Notes under the pieces: generated by a model
The model's input: the letters and a program-made list of their open reading frames with translations, nothing else
What the model was told of the DNA's origin: nothing
Databases searched by the model: none
In this document: positions 53,571 through 62,807 of the stretch, in pieces
Numbering within the stretch: the first letter of the stretch is position 1
Layout of the letters: each line of letters starts with the position of its first letter
NCBI GenBank assembly: GCA_016217925.1
Contig: JACRFK010000003.1
Span: 207,656-271,655 of the forward strand
Reading direction: 5' to 3'
DNA: 64,000 bases
DNA from: Candidatus Kaiserbacteria bacterium
GTDB taxonomy: Bacteria > Patescibacteriota > Minisyncoccia > Phycocordibacterales > UBA2100
Position numbers and translations under genes: made by a program

Positions 53571-56177
53571 TCATGCCCGCTTGCGAAACAGGGCTTTGCC
53601 GAGTTCGATTGCCGTCATGTTGAGCACGCCGATGAGCACGACGCAGAGGAGCCAGACGGGGGGCAGCGCCACGGTGCCGAGCACCCCCTGAAGGAGCGGC
53701 ACATAGATGGCAAGCAAGAGCAGCGCGATGCCGATAGAAACACCGCCTATGAGGTAAGAGTTGCTGAAGAAGTTGTACCTAAAGATACTTTTGTCGAGGT
53801 CGCGCAGTGAGAATGCGAGGAAGAGCGTGTAGCTCCCGAAGCTCGCGAAGATGAATGTCTGCACAAGCGCGGTCGGGAATCCGAGATGAAGCAGCAACCA
53901 GTAGAGCCCGAAGAGGAAGGCGCTTGTTGAAAAGCCTACGAAGAGGACGAGGAAGCGCATCAGCGGGTCGAAAAGCGAGCCGTCTGACCGGCCGAGGTGC
54001 GTACTCGGGCGACCCTCAAGCGTGCCGTCTCCTTTTTCGAAAGCGAAGGCCACCGCCGGGAAACTGTCAGAGAAAAAGTTGACGTAGAGGATTTGGAGCG
54101 CGTTGAGGGGAAGCGGCAACCCGACGACAAGCGCGCCGCCTATGAGCAGCAATTCGGCAAACACCGAGTAGAGCAGGTACACGAGCACCTTGCGGATATT
54201 TTTCAGTATCTGCCTTCCCTCCTCCACCGCGGCTACGATGGTCTCGAAATTGTCGTCGAGGAGCACGAGGTCGGCCACATCGCGGGCCACCTCGGTACCC
54301 GAGCCCATCGCGATACCGATGTCTGCCTGTCTGATGCTCGGGGCGTCGTTCACACCGTCGCCCGTCATCGCGACGACCTCGCCCATCTCCTGCAAAGTCT
54401 TCACTATCATCATCTTGTCGAGCGGCGATACGCGGGAAATGACCCGCAGCGTAGCGAGACGATGTTTAAGCTCTTGGGGACTCAACCCCCGCAGCTCCGC
54501 GGCATCCAAGACGCTGCCTTCCCCGACGGGTAGTCCCACTTCCCGCGCGATGGCCTCCGCCGTGCCGCGGTGGTCGCCCGTCATGATGACCGTCCTTACA
54601 CCTGCACGCTCGACGCGACGTATCGCATCCTCGACTCCCGGCCGGATGGGGTCGCGGAGTGTGAGCAATCCCTTAAAAGCGAGCCGTTCGGCTTTGACGT
54701 CTTTGGGAAACGCTCCCGCTTCCTTCGCGTCAACCGTCTTTGTCGCGACCGCCACGACGAATTCACCGCCCGCCGCGAGGGTATGGATGCGCTGCAGCGC
54801 GTGCCGCTTTTCCGAATCATTCATGAGCGAGCGTTCGACGAGAATATCAGCCGCGCCAAAAAATATCAGCTCATGCTTCCCTGCCCGCTCGATGAGCGAC
54901 GCGGAAAATTTGTTGACGGCATTGAACGGGAGCGAACGTACGATCTTGTACTGTTGCTTGACCTCCACGTCGGAGATGTCGCGGAGCGCCGCCGCACGGA
55001 TGAGGGATACTTCGAGTATCTTTCCGCTCATACGCCATTCGGCGACCGGGTCCTGCCTATTTTCGACAAGCACATTCGAGTTGAGAACAGCAAGCTCGAG
55101 CAATGTGTTTTTCTCGAGGCCTTCGGGTAGGAGCTTCCCGAGTTCCATCTTGGCCATCGTGAGCGTGCCTGTCTTGTCGGTGAGAATGAAGGTCGTGCTG
55201 CCGAGCGCCTCGGCGGCGACGAGCTTGCGGATGACGCCCTTACGCCCTGCCATACGCTGCACGCCAATCGCTAAGATGACCGTGAGCGCGATGGGCAAGC
55301 CTTCGGGTACCGCGGCAACCGCGACCGCGACGGAAGTGATGAACATATCGGCAAACGAGTGTCCCGAGTAAATACCGAGCACGAAGACGAATACGGTAAG
55401 CCCGCCGAGCAGGAGCCCCGCACGTGCGCTGAATTTCTTTATCGTCGCCTGCAGCGGTGTATCCTCGTTATCGGTCCTTCCGACGAGCGCGGCAATCTTG
55501 CCGAGCTCCGTTGCAGAATTGGTGCGGCAGACGAGCGCTGTGCCGAGCCCCTCGGTCACCAGTGTACCGGCGAAGACCATACACTCCTGGTCGCCGAGTA
55601 CCGCGTCCTTGCCCGACGGCTGCGCGGATTTTTCCGCAGGTAGTGATTCTCCCGTAAGAAGTGCCTCGTCTATTTGCAGGTCGTTCACGTATACGAGCCG
55701 CGCATCGGCGGGCACTCTGTCACCTTGCGAGAGTCGCAGCAAATCGCCCGGCACGAGGTGGGCGGCGTCCACCTCTCTCTCGACACCCCCGCGGATGACG
55801 CGCGCCCGCTCCCGCAGATATGATTTGAGCCCCGCGAGCGCGCGGCTCGCTTTGTGCTCCTGATAAAAACCGAGGCCGACGTTGACCGCAAGCGCGGCCA
55901 AAATGAAAAGGGAGTCGCGCAGGTGTCCGATGGAGAGCGTGATGACGCCTGCAATCGCGAGGACGAGGATGAGCGGGCTCTTGAATTGGTCTACGAAGAT
56001 GAAGTATGCGGCAGACCGCCCGTGCTGCTCGATGCTATTTGCACCATACATTTGCAGCCGTCGTCGCGCTTCGTCCTCCGTGATGCCGTCGCGCACGTCG
56101 CTTTCCAAAACGTCAACAACGTCGGCCTCCGGCATCGCCCAAAAGTCCTTTCCCACGATGCCGGGGTTCACTGACAT
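53571..56177 (-). CDS. Cation-transporting P-type ATPase (P2A-like)
   Basis: LTGES, PEGLP, DKTGTLT, MTGDH, TGDGVNDAP. Confidence 0.96.
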   Translation of the reverse strand: MSVNPGIVGKDFWAMPEADVVDVLESDVRDGITEDEARRRLQMYGANSIEQHGRSAAYFIFVDQFKSPLILVLAIAGVITLSIGHLRDSLFILAALAVNVGLGFYQEHKASRALAGLKSYLRERARVIRGGVEREVDAAHLVPGDLLRLSQGDRVPADARLVYVNDLQIDEALLTGESLPAEKSAQPSGKDAVLGDQECMVFAGTLVTEGLGTALVCRTNSATELGKIAALVGRTDNEDTPLQATIKKFSARAGLLLGGLTVFVFVLGIYSGHSFADMFITSVAVAVAAVPEGLPIALTVILAIGVQRMAGRKGVIRKLVAAEALGSTTFILTDKTGTLTMAKMELGKLLPEGLEKNTLLELAVLNSNVLVENRQDPVAEWRMSGKILEVSLIRAAALRDISDVEVKQQYKIVRSLPFNAVNKFSASLIERAGKHELIFFGAADILVERSLMNDSEKRHALQRIHTLAAGGEFVVAVATKTVDAKEAGAFPKDVKAERLAFKGLLTLRDPIRPGVEDAIRRVERAGVRTVIMTGDHRGTAEAIAREVGLPVGEGSVLDAAELRGLSPQELKHRLATLRVISRVSPLDKMMIVKTLQEMGEVVAMTGDGVNDAPSIRQADIGIAMGSGTEVARDVADLVLLDDNFETIVAAVEEGRQILKNIRKVLVYLLYSVFAELLLIGGALVVGLPLPLNALQILYVNFFSDSFPAVAFAFEKGDGTLEGRPSTHLGRSDGSLFDPLMRFLVLFVGFSTSAFLFGLYWLLLHLGFPTALVQTFIFASFGSYTLFLAFSLRDLDKSIFRYNFFSNSYLIGGVSIGIALLLLAIYVPLLQGVLGTVALPPVWLLCVVLIGVLNMTAIELGKALFRKRA

Positions 56178-56216
56178 CAGGAAATTATAACGTATCCCGA
56201 CGCTCCTCCATGCGCG

Positions 56217-57224
56217 CTAATTGATTTCGATGTCGATATGCCGGATGCTCGGGTGGAGTTTCTTGATGCGCAATTCTATCTCGTCAATTTTCTTTCCCAT
56301 GAGGCGCGGAATGCGGTCGGCATAGTCCGCAAGAAAACGCTTGAACTCTCCGAAATCCCCCCGTACATCCTCGTACTGCTGTTCCATCGAGCGCCGTCTG
56401 TATACTTCCCGCAGGAGCGCGCCGCCGTTGAATTCCACCTCGCACTTGATGCGATACACGCCCCACCCGAGTGTCGTCGATTTAAAATCGACCACCTTCT
56501 CAATAGCCGGATCGGCTTCGAGTATCCCGACCACCTGTTCTTGCAGATCCTCGGGTATCGCGCGGCCGAGAAGATATATGCGATTTTTGAGGATAAGCGT
56601 AACCGCGGTGAAGGCGAGCAGAATGGAGATGAGAACGGAACCGAGGGCGTCCCAAACGGGATTTCCGGTCAAGTATGTGGCACCTATCGCGACTGCTGCA
56701 ATCGCGACACCCAAAACGGCGACCGCATCTTCGAGATACACCGCCAGGGTCATCGGGTCGGCAAGTTCCAGACGTTCCCGGAGCGCCGCTCCGGGATGAG
56801 CCGCGCGCAACGAGCGCGCGGCAACGCGAAACGTGTACAGCTCCACGAGGAACGCGAACAGCAACACCACAAAGACAATGACGCTAAACTCGACCTCCCC
56901 CGGATGAAGAAGCGAAGTCACTCCCTTGTAGCCGGTAATGCCCGCGCCGATAAAAAAGACGCCGACCGCCGAAAGCAGCGCCCAGAAGAAGCGTTCGCTG
57001 CCGTAGCCGTATTCAAATGTTTCGTCGGCTTTCTTGAGCGAGCGGCGAAGACCGATAAGAAGCAGGATTTGATTGAGCGTATCGGCGAAGCTGTGTACCG
57101 CTTCGGCAAACATCGAGGACGAGCCCGAAACAACGGCTGCACCAAATTTGCTTACGGTAACAACCGCGTTGCCCGCAATCGCCGCGACGACGGGCTGGAA
57201 TCCCGAAGTGTGTTGAAGTGCCAT
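56217..57224 (-). CDS. Cation diffusion facilitator family transporter
   Basis: SMFAEAVHSFAD, YGYGSERFFW, VYLED, WDALGS, HIDIE. Confidence 0.92.
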   Translation of the reverse strand: MALQHTSGFQPVVAAIAGNAVVTVSKFGAAVVSGSSSMFAEAVHSFADTLNQILLLIGLRRSLKKADETFEYGYGSERFFWALLSAVGVFFIGAGITGYKGVTSLLHPGEVEFSVIVFVVLLFAFLVELYTFRVAARSLRAAHPGAALRERLELADPMTLAVYLEDAVAVLGVAIAAVAIGATYLTGNPVWDALGSVLISILLAFTAVTLILKNRIYLLGRAIPEDLQEQVVGILEADPAIEKVVDFKSTTLGWGVYRIKCEVEFNGGALLREVYRRRSMEQQYEDVRGDFGEFKRFLADYADRIPRLMGKKIDEIELRIKKLHPSIRHIDIEIN

Positions 57225-57229
57225 ACTTG

Positions 57230-57301
57230 TGACCCTACCGGGAATCGAACCCGGGTTCCATGCTTGAAAAGCATGTGTCCTAACCGTTAGACGATAGGGC
57301 C
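57230..57301 (-). tRNA. tRNA-Glu(TTC)
   Basis: CATGC-TTTTCAA-GCATG arm, GGTTCGATTCC. Confidence 0.95.
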
Positions 57302-57555
57302 GTGCGGTCAATACTATCAAAAAGATCCTTTCTTGCACGTGCAGTTTTCTTTAAGAAAAGTTCCCGCAAACGGGCTTCTTTTTTGTTCACGAACATTTGT
57401 ACGTATTCCAACTTCCAGGGGCGGTAACCTTTAGTCGAACGGACCTCTCCTGCATTGTGTTGGGATAGTCTTCTCGACGGATTGCTTGATATGCCGATGT
57501 AATGTCGTGGCAGCGCCGAGCTTTTCAGGATATAAAGGAAGTGGATATTTTCCAT
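57280..57555 (-). CDS. Stand-alone GIY-YIG endonuclease
   Basis: FLYILKS...HYIGIS...RRLSQHN.G...TK..RPW...EA..RE..LK. Confidence 0.9.
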   Translation of the reverse strand: MENIHFLYILKSSALPRHYIGISSNPSRRLSQHNAGEVRSTKGYRPWKLEYVQMFVNKKEARLRELFLKKTARARKDLFDSIDRTALSSNG

Positions 57556-57576
57556 AATATAAGGTATTTTAACCCG

Positions 57577-57606
57577 TCCTCCGGAGGAGGATCCGCCTCC
57601 GGCGGA
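57577..57606. repeat. 30-bp double-hairpin repeat upstream of the GIY-YIG gene
   Basis: TCCTCC-GGA-GGAGGA TCCGCC-TCC-GGCGGA. Confidence 0.85.
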
Positions 57607-57743
57607 AAAGTGTGCTATTTTGTTCAAAGTCAGCTCGTTGCAACATTCACTCCGAATGTTGCTGGAGCGGCGCGAGGCGCCGCTCCGCCGGAGAAGCTGC
57701 TATCGCGGCTCTCTGAAGGGGCGAACCGCAAGGTTCGTCCAAA

Positions 57744-57828
57744 GGAGAGGTGGCTGAGTGGTCTAAAGCACCGGTTTCGAAAACCGGCATGGGGCAACCC
57801 ATCGAGAGTTCGAATCTCTCCCTCTCCG
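57744..57828 (+). tRNA. tRNA-Ser(CGA)
   Basis: CCGGT-TTCGAAA-ACCGG arm, long variable arm. Confidence 0.95.
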
Positions 57829-57830
57829 CA

Positions 57831-57938
57831 ATGAATGTTCAAGAGTCTCTGACGGCACTCCGGCGCGACAAACGCTTCGCGCCGCTCATCAAGAAGCATG
57901 GGATGCCGGAATTGAAGCGCGGGTCTTCGCACTCCTGA
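57831..57938 (+). pseudogene. Orphaned 5' fragment of alkA
   Basis: MNVQESLTALRRDKRFAPLIKKHGMPELKRG matches the AlkA N-terminus at 58782-58846. Confidence 0.85.
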
Positions 57939-57946
57939 AAGCGAGG

Positions 57947-58684
57947 CTAACGAGAAGTTTTCTCTAGAATGCGTTCCTCAATGATTTTCGAAAAACTGTC
58001 CATAGCTTCTAGTATCTCAATCTGAAATTGCTCAACGGTCGGCTTCCGATCCATATCTTTTTGTTGTTCAAAAATCGAAGGTGTTCCAGCCCCCTCCCTT
58101 TCCATCGAGTCTAGTATCGCCTTCATAAAAGCAAGCCCGTCCGGTCCCGCACATCGTTTTCTCAATTCGCTAAGACGACTCTTGAGTACACTAAGCTGCT
58201 GGATGCTTCCCCGCTGGATCCCATAGCTTGCCTCCTCAGGCGAAAATCCGTGGTACCAGAATTCGTCGACAATATTAAAATCAAAAAGTATATGCCAACC
58301 CTCTCCTGAGCGTGTGTTGGCTCGGTAGTGTTCGTTGTCGGTGAAGATCTTATCCAGTATCCTCCGGTCAGCCCAAAGCTCGTCTTCACTATTCTCGCTC
58401 TTTTCTATGTACTCGGTTGGCAGTACGTACGAATAAAACTTTCCTGTTTCTTTCTTATAGACGACATCAGAAACGGGCATAGTGCCTTTGAGGAGGCGTG
58501 ATAGGAACATTTGATCTCGAGGAGAATATTCGATCTCATGAAATTTCCTTCCAACTGAGTCCTGAACAATATCTCTGCCTTTGCTGTTCTTGCCTATTAC
58601 TTCGAGATCCTTCACAGACTGCGGCACAACTGATGCCTGAGTAGGGTCATGCGATATGTCCGGCTTTGGCATCTCAATGCCCAT
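57947..58684 (-). CDS. Orphan protein, possible HipA/PI3K-like kinase fold
   Basis: Lower GC; IFTDNEHYRAN...HILFDF resembles DxDRHxxN...IDF. Confidence 0.6.
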   Translation of the reverse strand: MGIEMPKPDISHDPTQASVVPQSVKDLEVIGKNSKGRDIVQDSVGRKFHEIEYSPRDQMFLSRLLKGTMPVSDVVYKKETGKFYSYVLPTEYIEKSENSEDELWADRRILDKIFTDNEHYRANTRSGEGWHILFDFNIVDEFWYHGFSPEEASYGIQRGSIQQLSVLKSRLSELRKRCAGPDGLAFMKAILDSMEREGAGTPSIFEQQKDMDRKPTVEQFQIEILEAMDSFSKIIEERILEKTSR

Positions 58685-58742
58685 TGATAGATTATAGCAA
58701 CCTTGAGCTTGCCCTTCTTTCAAGAACCCTTATGCTCCCCAC

Positions 58743-59405
58743 ATGAATAAAGAGGATGACTTCTCCAAATCCATTGCGATTCTAAGGCGTGACAAGCGCT
58801 TCGCGCCGCTTATCAGGAAGCATGGGATGCCGGAATTGAAGCGTGGAAGAAATCCTTTCCAAGCGCTTGTGCGCTCAATAATTCATCAGCAAGTTTCGGG
58901 CGCAGCGGCGCAGACGATACATGCCCGTTTTCTCGCGTTGTTTCCAAAAAAGAAGTTCCCCACTCCCGAAATGGTGCGGGAGATACCGCTTGAGAAAATG
59001 CGCGCGGCAGGACTTTCAGGCCAGAAGACTTCTTACATCAAAGACCTCGCGGAGAAATTCACGGACGGCACTGTCAGACATAAATCGCTTCACAAGATGG
59101 AAAGCGCGGACATCGTCGAACACCTCACGCAGGTCAAAGGCATCGGCGTGTGGACGGTGCACATGTTCCTCATCTTTACGCTGAATCGCAGGGATGTGCT
59201 CCCGACCGGCGATCTCGGCATACGTAAGGGATTCCAAACACTCTACAAACTGAAAAGTTTGCCAGACCACGCACAAATGGAGAAGCTCGCGCGCCCGTGG
59301 CGCCAGCATGCTTCGGCTGCATCGTGGTACCTCTGGCGTGTGGCGGACAGCGCAAAGCTCAAGCCTCAGGCCGTATCGCGTTCCACACGTCGGCGGCGGA
59401 AATAG
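58743..59405 (+). CDS. alkA: DNA-3-methyladenine glycosylase II (HhH-GPD)
   Basis: FQALVRSIIHQQVS, GLSGQK, LTQVKGIGVWT, LPTGDLG, WYLWR. Confidence 0.93.
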   Translation: MNKEDDFSKSIAILRRDKRFAPLIRKHGMPELKRGRNPFQALVRSIIHQQVSGAAAQTIHARFLALFPKKKFPTPEMVREIPLEKMRAAGLSGQKTSYIKDLAEKFTDGTVRHKSLHKMESADIVEHLTQVKGIGVWTVHMFLIFTLNRRDVLPTGDLGIRKGFQTLYKLKSLPDHAQMEKLARPWRQHASAASWYLWRVADSAKLKPQAVSRSTRRRRK

Positions 59406-60000
59406 CCCCTTCGCGCAAAATCACCGGCTGTACTCCCGAAAGGTCCACCACCGTGGAAGGCTGTCGCTCCGGCAACTCACCCGCATCTATCACAAGGCCA
59501 ATATCACGCGCACTGTCGCCGAGCTGCGCAAGGATCTTTTCAACGGAGCGCTCGGGCTGCGCGCCGCTCCTATTCGCGCTCGTCGCCGTAACGGGCATGC
59601 TGAACTCATCTATCAATGAGGTCAAAAATCCATCATCGGGTATACGGTAAGCAAAGGTGTTGATGTTTTTTAATATTCCCGTACTGAACTGAGGTCGCTT
59701 TGTTACAACAACCGTGAGTTTCCCTTTGGGCGATCTTCCTAGAAGTTTCCGCGCCAACACATTCTCTTCGCTGTAAAGTTCTGCCATTTCAACACAAGAG
59801 ACAAGAGCGTGTAACGGTTTCTTTTCGTCACGCCCTTTAATGGAGTAGATTTTCTCCACTGCATCATCTTCAACTGCCCACGCAAGCAACGCGTACTGAG
59901 TATCGGTCGGGCATAAAACCACCCCTGCTGCCCATAGGACCTCATACGCCCTATTGTTTGCGAGCTCGGTATTTTCTTTGGAAAATTTAATTACTTCCAT
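59359..60000 (-). CDS. tsaC: L-threonylcarbamoyladenylate synthase (Sua5/YrdC)
   Basis: PTDTQY, IKGRDEKKPL, TATSANRSG, PSTVVD, LREGAI. Confidence 0.9.
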   Translation of the reverse strand: MEVIKFSKENTELANNRAYEVLWAAGVVLCPTDTQYALLAWAVEDDAVEKIYSIKGRDEKKPLHALVSCVEMAELYSEENVLARKLLGRSPKGKLTVVVTKRPQFSTGILKNINTFAYRIPDDGFLTSLIDEFSMPVTATSANRSGAQPERSVEKILAQLGDSARDIGLVIDAGELPERQPSTVVDLSGVQPVILREGAISAADVWNAIRPEA

Positions 60001-60075
60001 TGGTGCGCGGTAAAGGGATCGAACCTTTGACCCTTGTCACGTCAAGACAATGCTCTACCACTGAGCTAACCGCGC
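60001..60075 (-). tRNA. tRNA-Val(GAC)
   Basis: TTGTC-TTGACGT-GACAA arm, encoded CCA. Confidence 0.95.
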
Positions 60076-60094
60076 AACGACGTCCAATATACCT

Positions 60095-60937
60095 TTAGAT
60101 GGAGGCTTTTTCAATCTTCCCTCCGCATCCCGACAAGAACGCATCGAACGCCGCCAGTAGCTCTTTAAGGGCTTGTGGCGGCTCGGAGAACGTATAACTG
60201 TCGACTGAACGAGTTGGAAGTATCTTTGCGGAAGTGCTCGTGAGAAAGGCTCCGTCGTACTGCGGCAAGTCTTCAGGTCGGATATCTTTTTGCACAATCT
60301 CAAAGCCGGTATCGGCCGCGACTTTCAGTACCGCCTTGCGCGTGACGCCCGGCAAAATGTTTTTCTCATTTGGCGAGAAGAGTGTCTTACCCTTTATGCA
60401 AAAGAAATTTGTGCGCGTCCCCTCCGTGATGCATCCCCCTCGGTCGATAAGCAACGCATCATATGCGCCGGCCTGTTTGGCTTTGCGGTAGGCGAGATAG
60501 CTTTGCAACATATTGAGTGTTTTTGCGTGGGGAAACGGACGCTCGTATTCGTAGGTCACGCATGCGACTCCGTCCCGGTATAATTTTTTGTCCGGAAAGA
60601 GGGGATTCAGGCAGAGAATATTGAGCTGCGCATCTTCCGCCGTCTTTCCCCCGATAAGAAGTATTTTCACGTTGCAGGTCGTAGCGCCGTTTTTCTCAAG
60701 AAGCTGCGCGACGGCGTCCGACACGCCCTCCGGTGTGTAGGGGTGCAAAAGTCCGATGATGCGCGCGGAATTCATCAGGCGCCCGATATGGTCGGCAAGA
60801 AAATAGACGATTCCGTTGCTTACTCGGACGCTCTCATAGACCCCGAAACCGTACGCGTACTCGATGCTCGAGAGCGGAATAACCGCATCAGTAACCGGAA
60901 GCAGTTCTCCATTCCGCGAAAAATACTTGAAATCCAT
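60095..60937 (-). CDS. Class IV PLP aminotransferase (IlvE/Dat/PabC family)
   Basis: YGFGVYES, HIGRL.NSA, AKTLN, ITEG.RTNFF, ILPGVTR, AFLTST. Confidence 0.92.
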   Translation of the reverse strand: MDFKYFSRNGELLPVTDAVIPLSSIEYAYGFGVYESVRVSNGIVYFLADHIGRLMNSARIIGLLHPYTPEGVSDAVAQLLEKNGATTCNVKILLIGGKTAEDAQLNILCLNPLFPDKKLYRDGVACVTYEYERPFPHAKTLNMLQSYLAYRKAKQAGAYDALLIDRGGCITEGTRTNFFCIKGKTLFSPNEKNILPGVTRKAVLKVAADTGFEIVQKDIRPEDLPQYDGAFLTSTSAKILPTRSVDSYTFSEPPQALKELLAAFDAFLSGCGGKIEKASI

Positions 60938-60940
60938 AAG

Positions 60941-62719
60941 TTATTGGTCCTGAAGGAATCCTCCGGCTTGGTGGGCCCAGAGTTGGGAATAAATCCCGCT
61001 CCCGGCGACAAGCTGCTCGTGTGTGCCCTCTTCGACGATTTTGCCGCTATCCAAGACGATGATGCGGTCCATCTCGCGCAAAGTCGAGAGGCGATGGGCG
61101 ATGGCGATGACCGTCTTCCCTTTCATCAATTCGCGAAGTGCCTTCTGTATCTCCACCTCGCTTTCGCTGTCGAGCGCGGAGGTCGCCTCATCGAGCAGAA
61201 GTATCGGCGCATTTTTCAGTATCGCACGGGCAATCGCTATGCGCTGGCGCTCGCCGCCCGAGAGCTTGATGCCGCGCTCGCCCACCATCGCGCCATAGCC
61301 GGTCGGGAGATTCACGATGAAATCGTGGGCCTGTGCGAGCTTCGCCGCCTCGATGATCTCTCCTTCAGAGGCACCCGGATTCCCGTACGCGATATTCTCG
61401 CGGATGGTGCGGTGAAAAAGGAGTGGCTCTTGCGGCACGACCGAGATAGCGTTGCGGAGGCTCTCCTGCGTCACGCTTGCGATATCGGTGCCGTCGATGG
61501 TAATCGTCCCCGCGCTCAGATTGTGGTGGCGCAAAATGAGCCGTACGAGCGTGGATTTCCCGGCACCCGAACGGCCTACGACGCCGACCCTCTGTCCCGG
61601 AGGAACGACAAGCGTCATGTCATTAAATACGACATTTTCCCCATACGAGAAGCTCACCCCGTTGAACGCGAGCGCCCCGCCGCTTATCGCGAGTACCGAC
61701 GCATTTGGCTCATCGGGGATCTCGTGCGGCGCGATGATTTCCTCAAGGCTCTCGCTTATCTCGCCCCACGTCTCGGCAAATTTATTGAAATTCGAGCCGA
61801 GCGACTGCAAGAGACCCTCGATCCTGAAAATGATCGTGATGACCAAAATGATGTCGCCGAAAGAGAGTATGCCCGCGCGCGAGAACGATACCGTCGTAAA
61901 GACCATGGCGGTCCCGAACACGACCAAGAGAACGCTGTTGAGTACCCGCGTCCACTCGCCGAAATACCAGCTCGCGATATGCGCCCGCCGGCGGTCATCC
62001 GTTGCTCCTTTCAGTCGCTCGATCTCAAATTCACGGCGCGCGTATTCCTGCATCGCGCTCACGTTGGTGAGGAGGTCGACCGTGGCACCGTTCAGCGTTG
62101 TCTCCAGATTGTGTGCGCGCGCCGAGAGCGGTACGCGCCGGTACCCGAGGTATATGTTGATGAGCAAGATTGCGAAAACCCATGCGAGGAACATCCACGC
62201 GATGGGCGGACTCACGAGAAACACAATGATGAAGCTCGTGACCGCATTCACGCCGAGCTCCAGGAATTCCCACAAAAAGACGTCGACGACCTCGCGCATG
62301 CCGGTCGCCGCGTGCCGTATCTTGTTCATGATAGAGCCCGCAAAACGGTCCGAAAAATAAGTACGGCTGTGGAGCGTGACGTATGAAGTGAGCGCGTAAC
62401 GTGCGGTCGCCGAGGCGCCCGTCGCCCAGCGCGCGCCCATGAATCCCGATATGCGCCAAAAGAGTTTTGCGAGAGCAAGCACGAGTATCGTCGCGCCCGA
62501 AGCCATATACAGCAAGTCGTACGAACCGCCTTGTACGAGCGCGACCACCGCATCCGTCACCAATTTGAACACATAGGCGACGCTTGCGGAAAAAGCATTG
62601 CCCGCCGCGGCGAGGAGTATCGCAAGGACGGCGGCCCGCCAGTGCGGCTGTGAGGCAAAAAGGAAGAACCGGAGGGGGTTCTTCGTCATGGGGAGGTCGT
62701 CGCGCCAGATAGAGGTCAT
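60941..62719 (-). CDS. ABC exporter, fused permease/ATPase
   Basis: N-terminal TMD, GRSGAGKST, LSGGERQR, LLLDEATSALD, IAHRLST. Confidence 0.95.
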   Translation of the reverse strand: MTSIWRDDLPMTKNPLRFFLFASQPHWRAAVLAILLAAAGNAFSASVAYVFKLVTDAVVALVQGGSYDLLYMASGATILVLALAKLFWRISGFMGARWATGASATARYALTSYVTLHSRTYFSDRFAGSIMNKIRHAATGMREVVDVFLWEFLELGVNAVTSFIIVFLVSPPIAWMFLAWVFAILLINIYLGYRRVPLSARAHNLETTLNGATVDLLTNVSAMQEYARREFEIERLKGATDDRRRAHIASWYFGEWTRVLNSVLLVVFGTAMVFTTVSFSRAGILSFGDIILVITIIFRIEGLLQSLGSNFNKFAETWGEISESLEEIIAPHEIPDEPNASVLAISGGALAFNGVSFSYGENVVFNDMTLVVPPGQRVGVVGRSGAGKSTLVRLILRHHNLSAGTITIDGTDIASVTQESLRNAISVVPQEPLLFHRTIRENIAYGNPGASEGEIIEAAKLAQAHDFIVNLPTGYGAMVGERGIKLSGGERQRIAIARAILKNAPILLLDEATSALDSESEVEIQKALRELMKGKTVIAIAHRLSTLREMDRIIVLDSGKIVEEGTHEQLVAGSGIYSQLWAHQAGGFLQDQ

Positions 62720-62807
62720 AAACGGTTATTATGCCATATCAGGGTTTTGAAACGTTGACGGGACATGTTTTTACTGTAGTGTGCTTCGGGGCAGAAAGGA
62801 GCCAGCC

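Noticed and set aside
60743-62386. 547-aa plus-strand ORF and other long antisense ORFs (24458-25576, 54190-55371, 56238-57290)
   Set aside because: They are shadows of well-supported genes on the opposite strand in GC-rich DNA and have no motifs.
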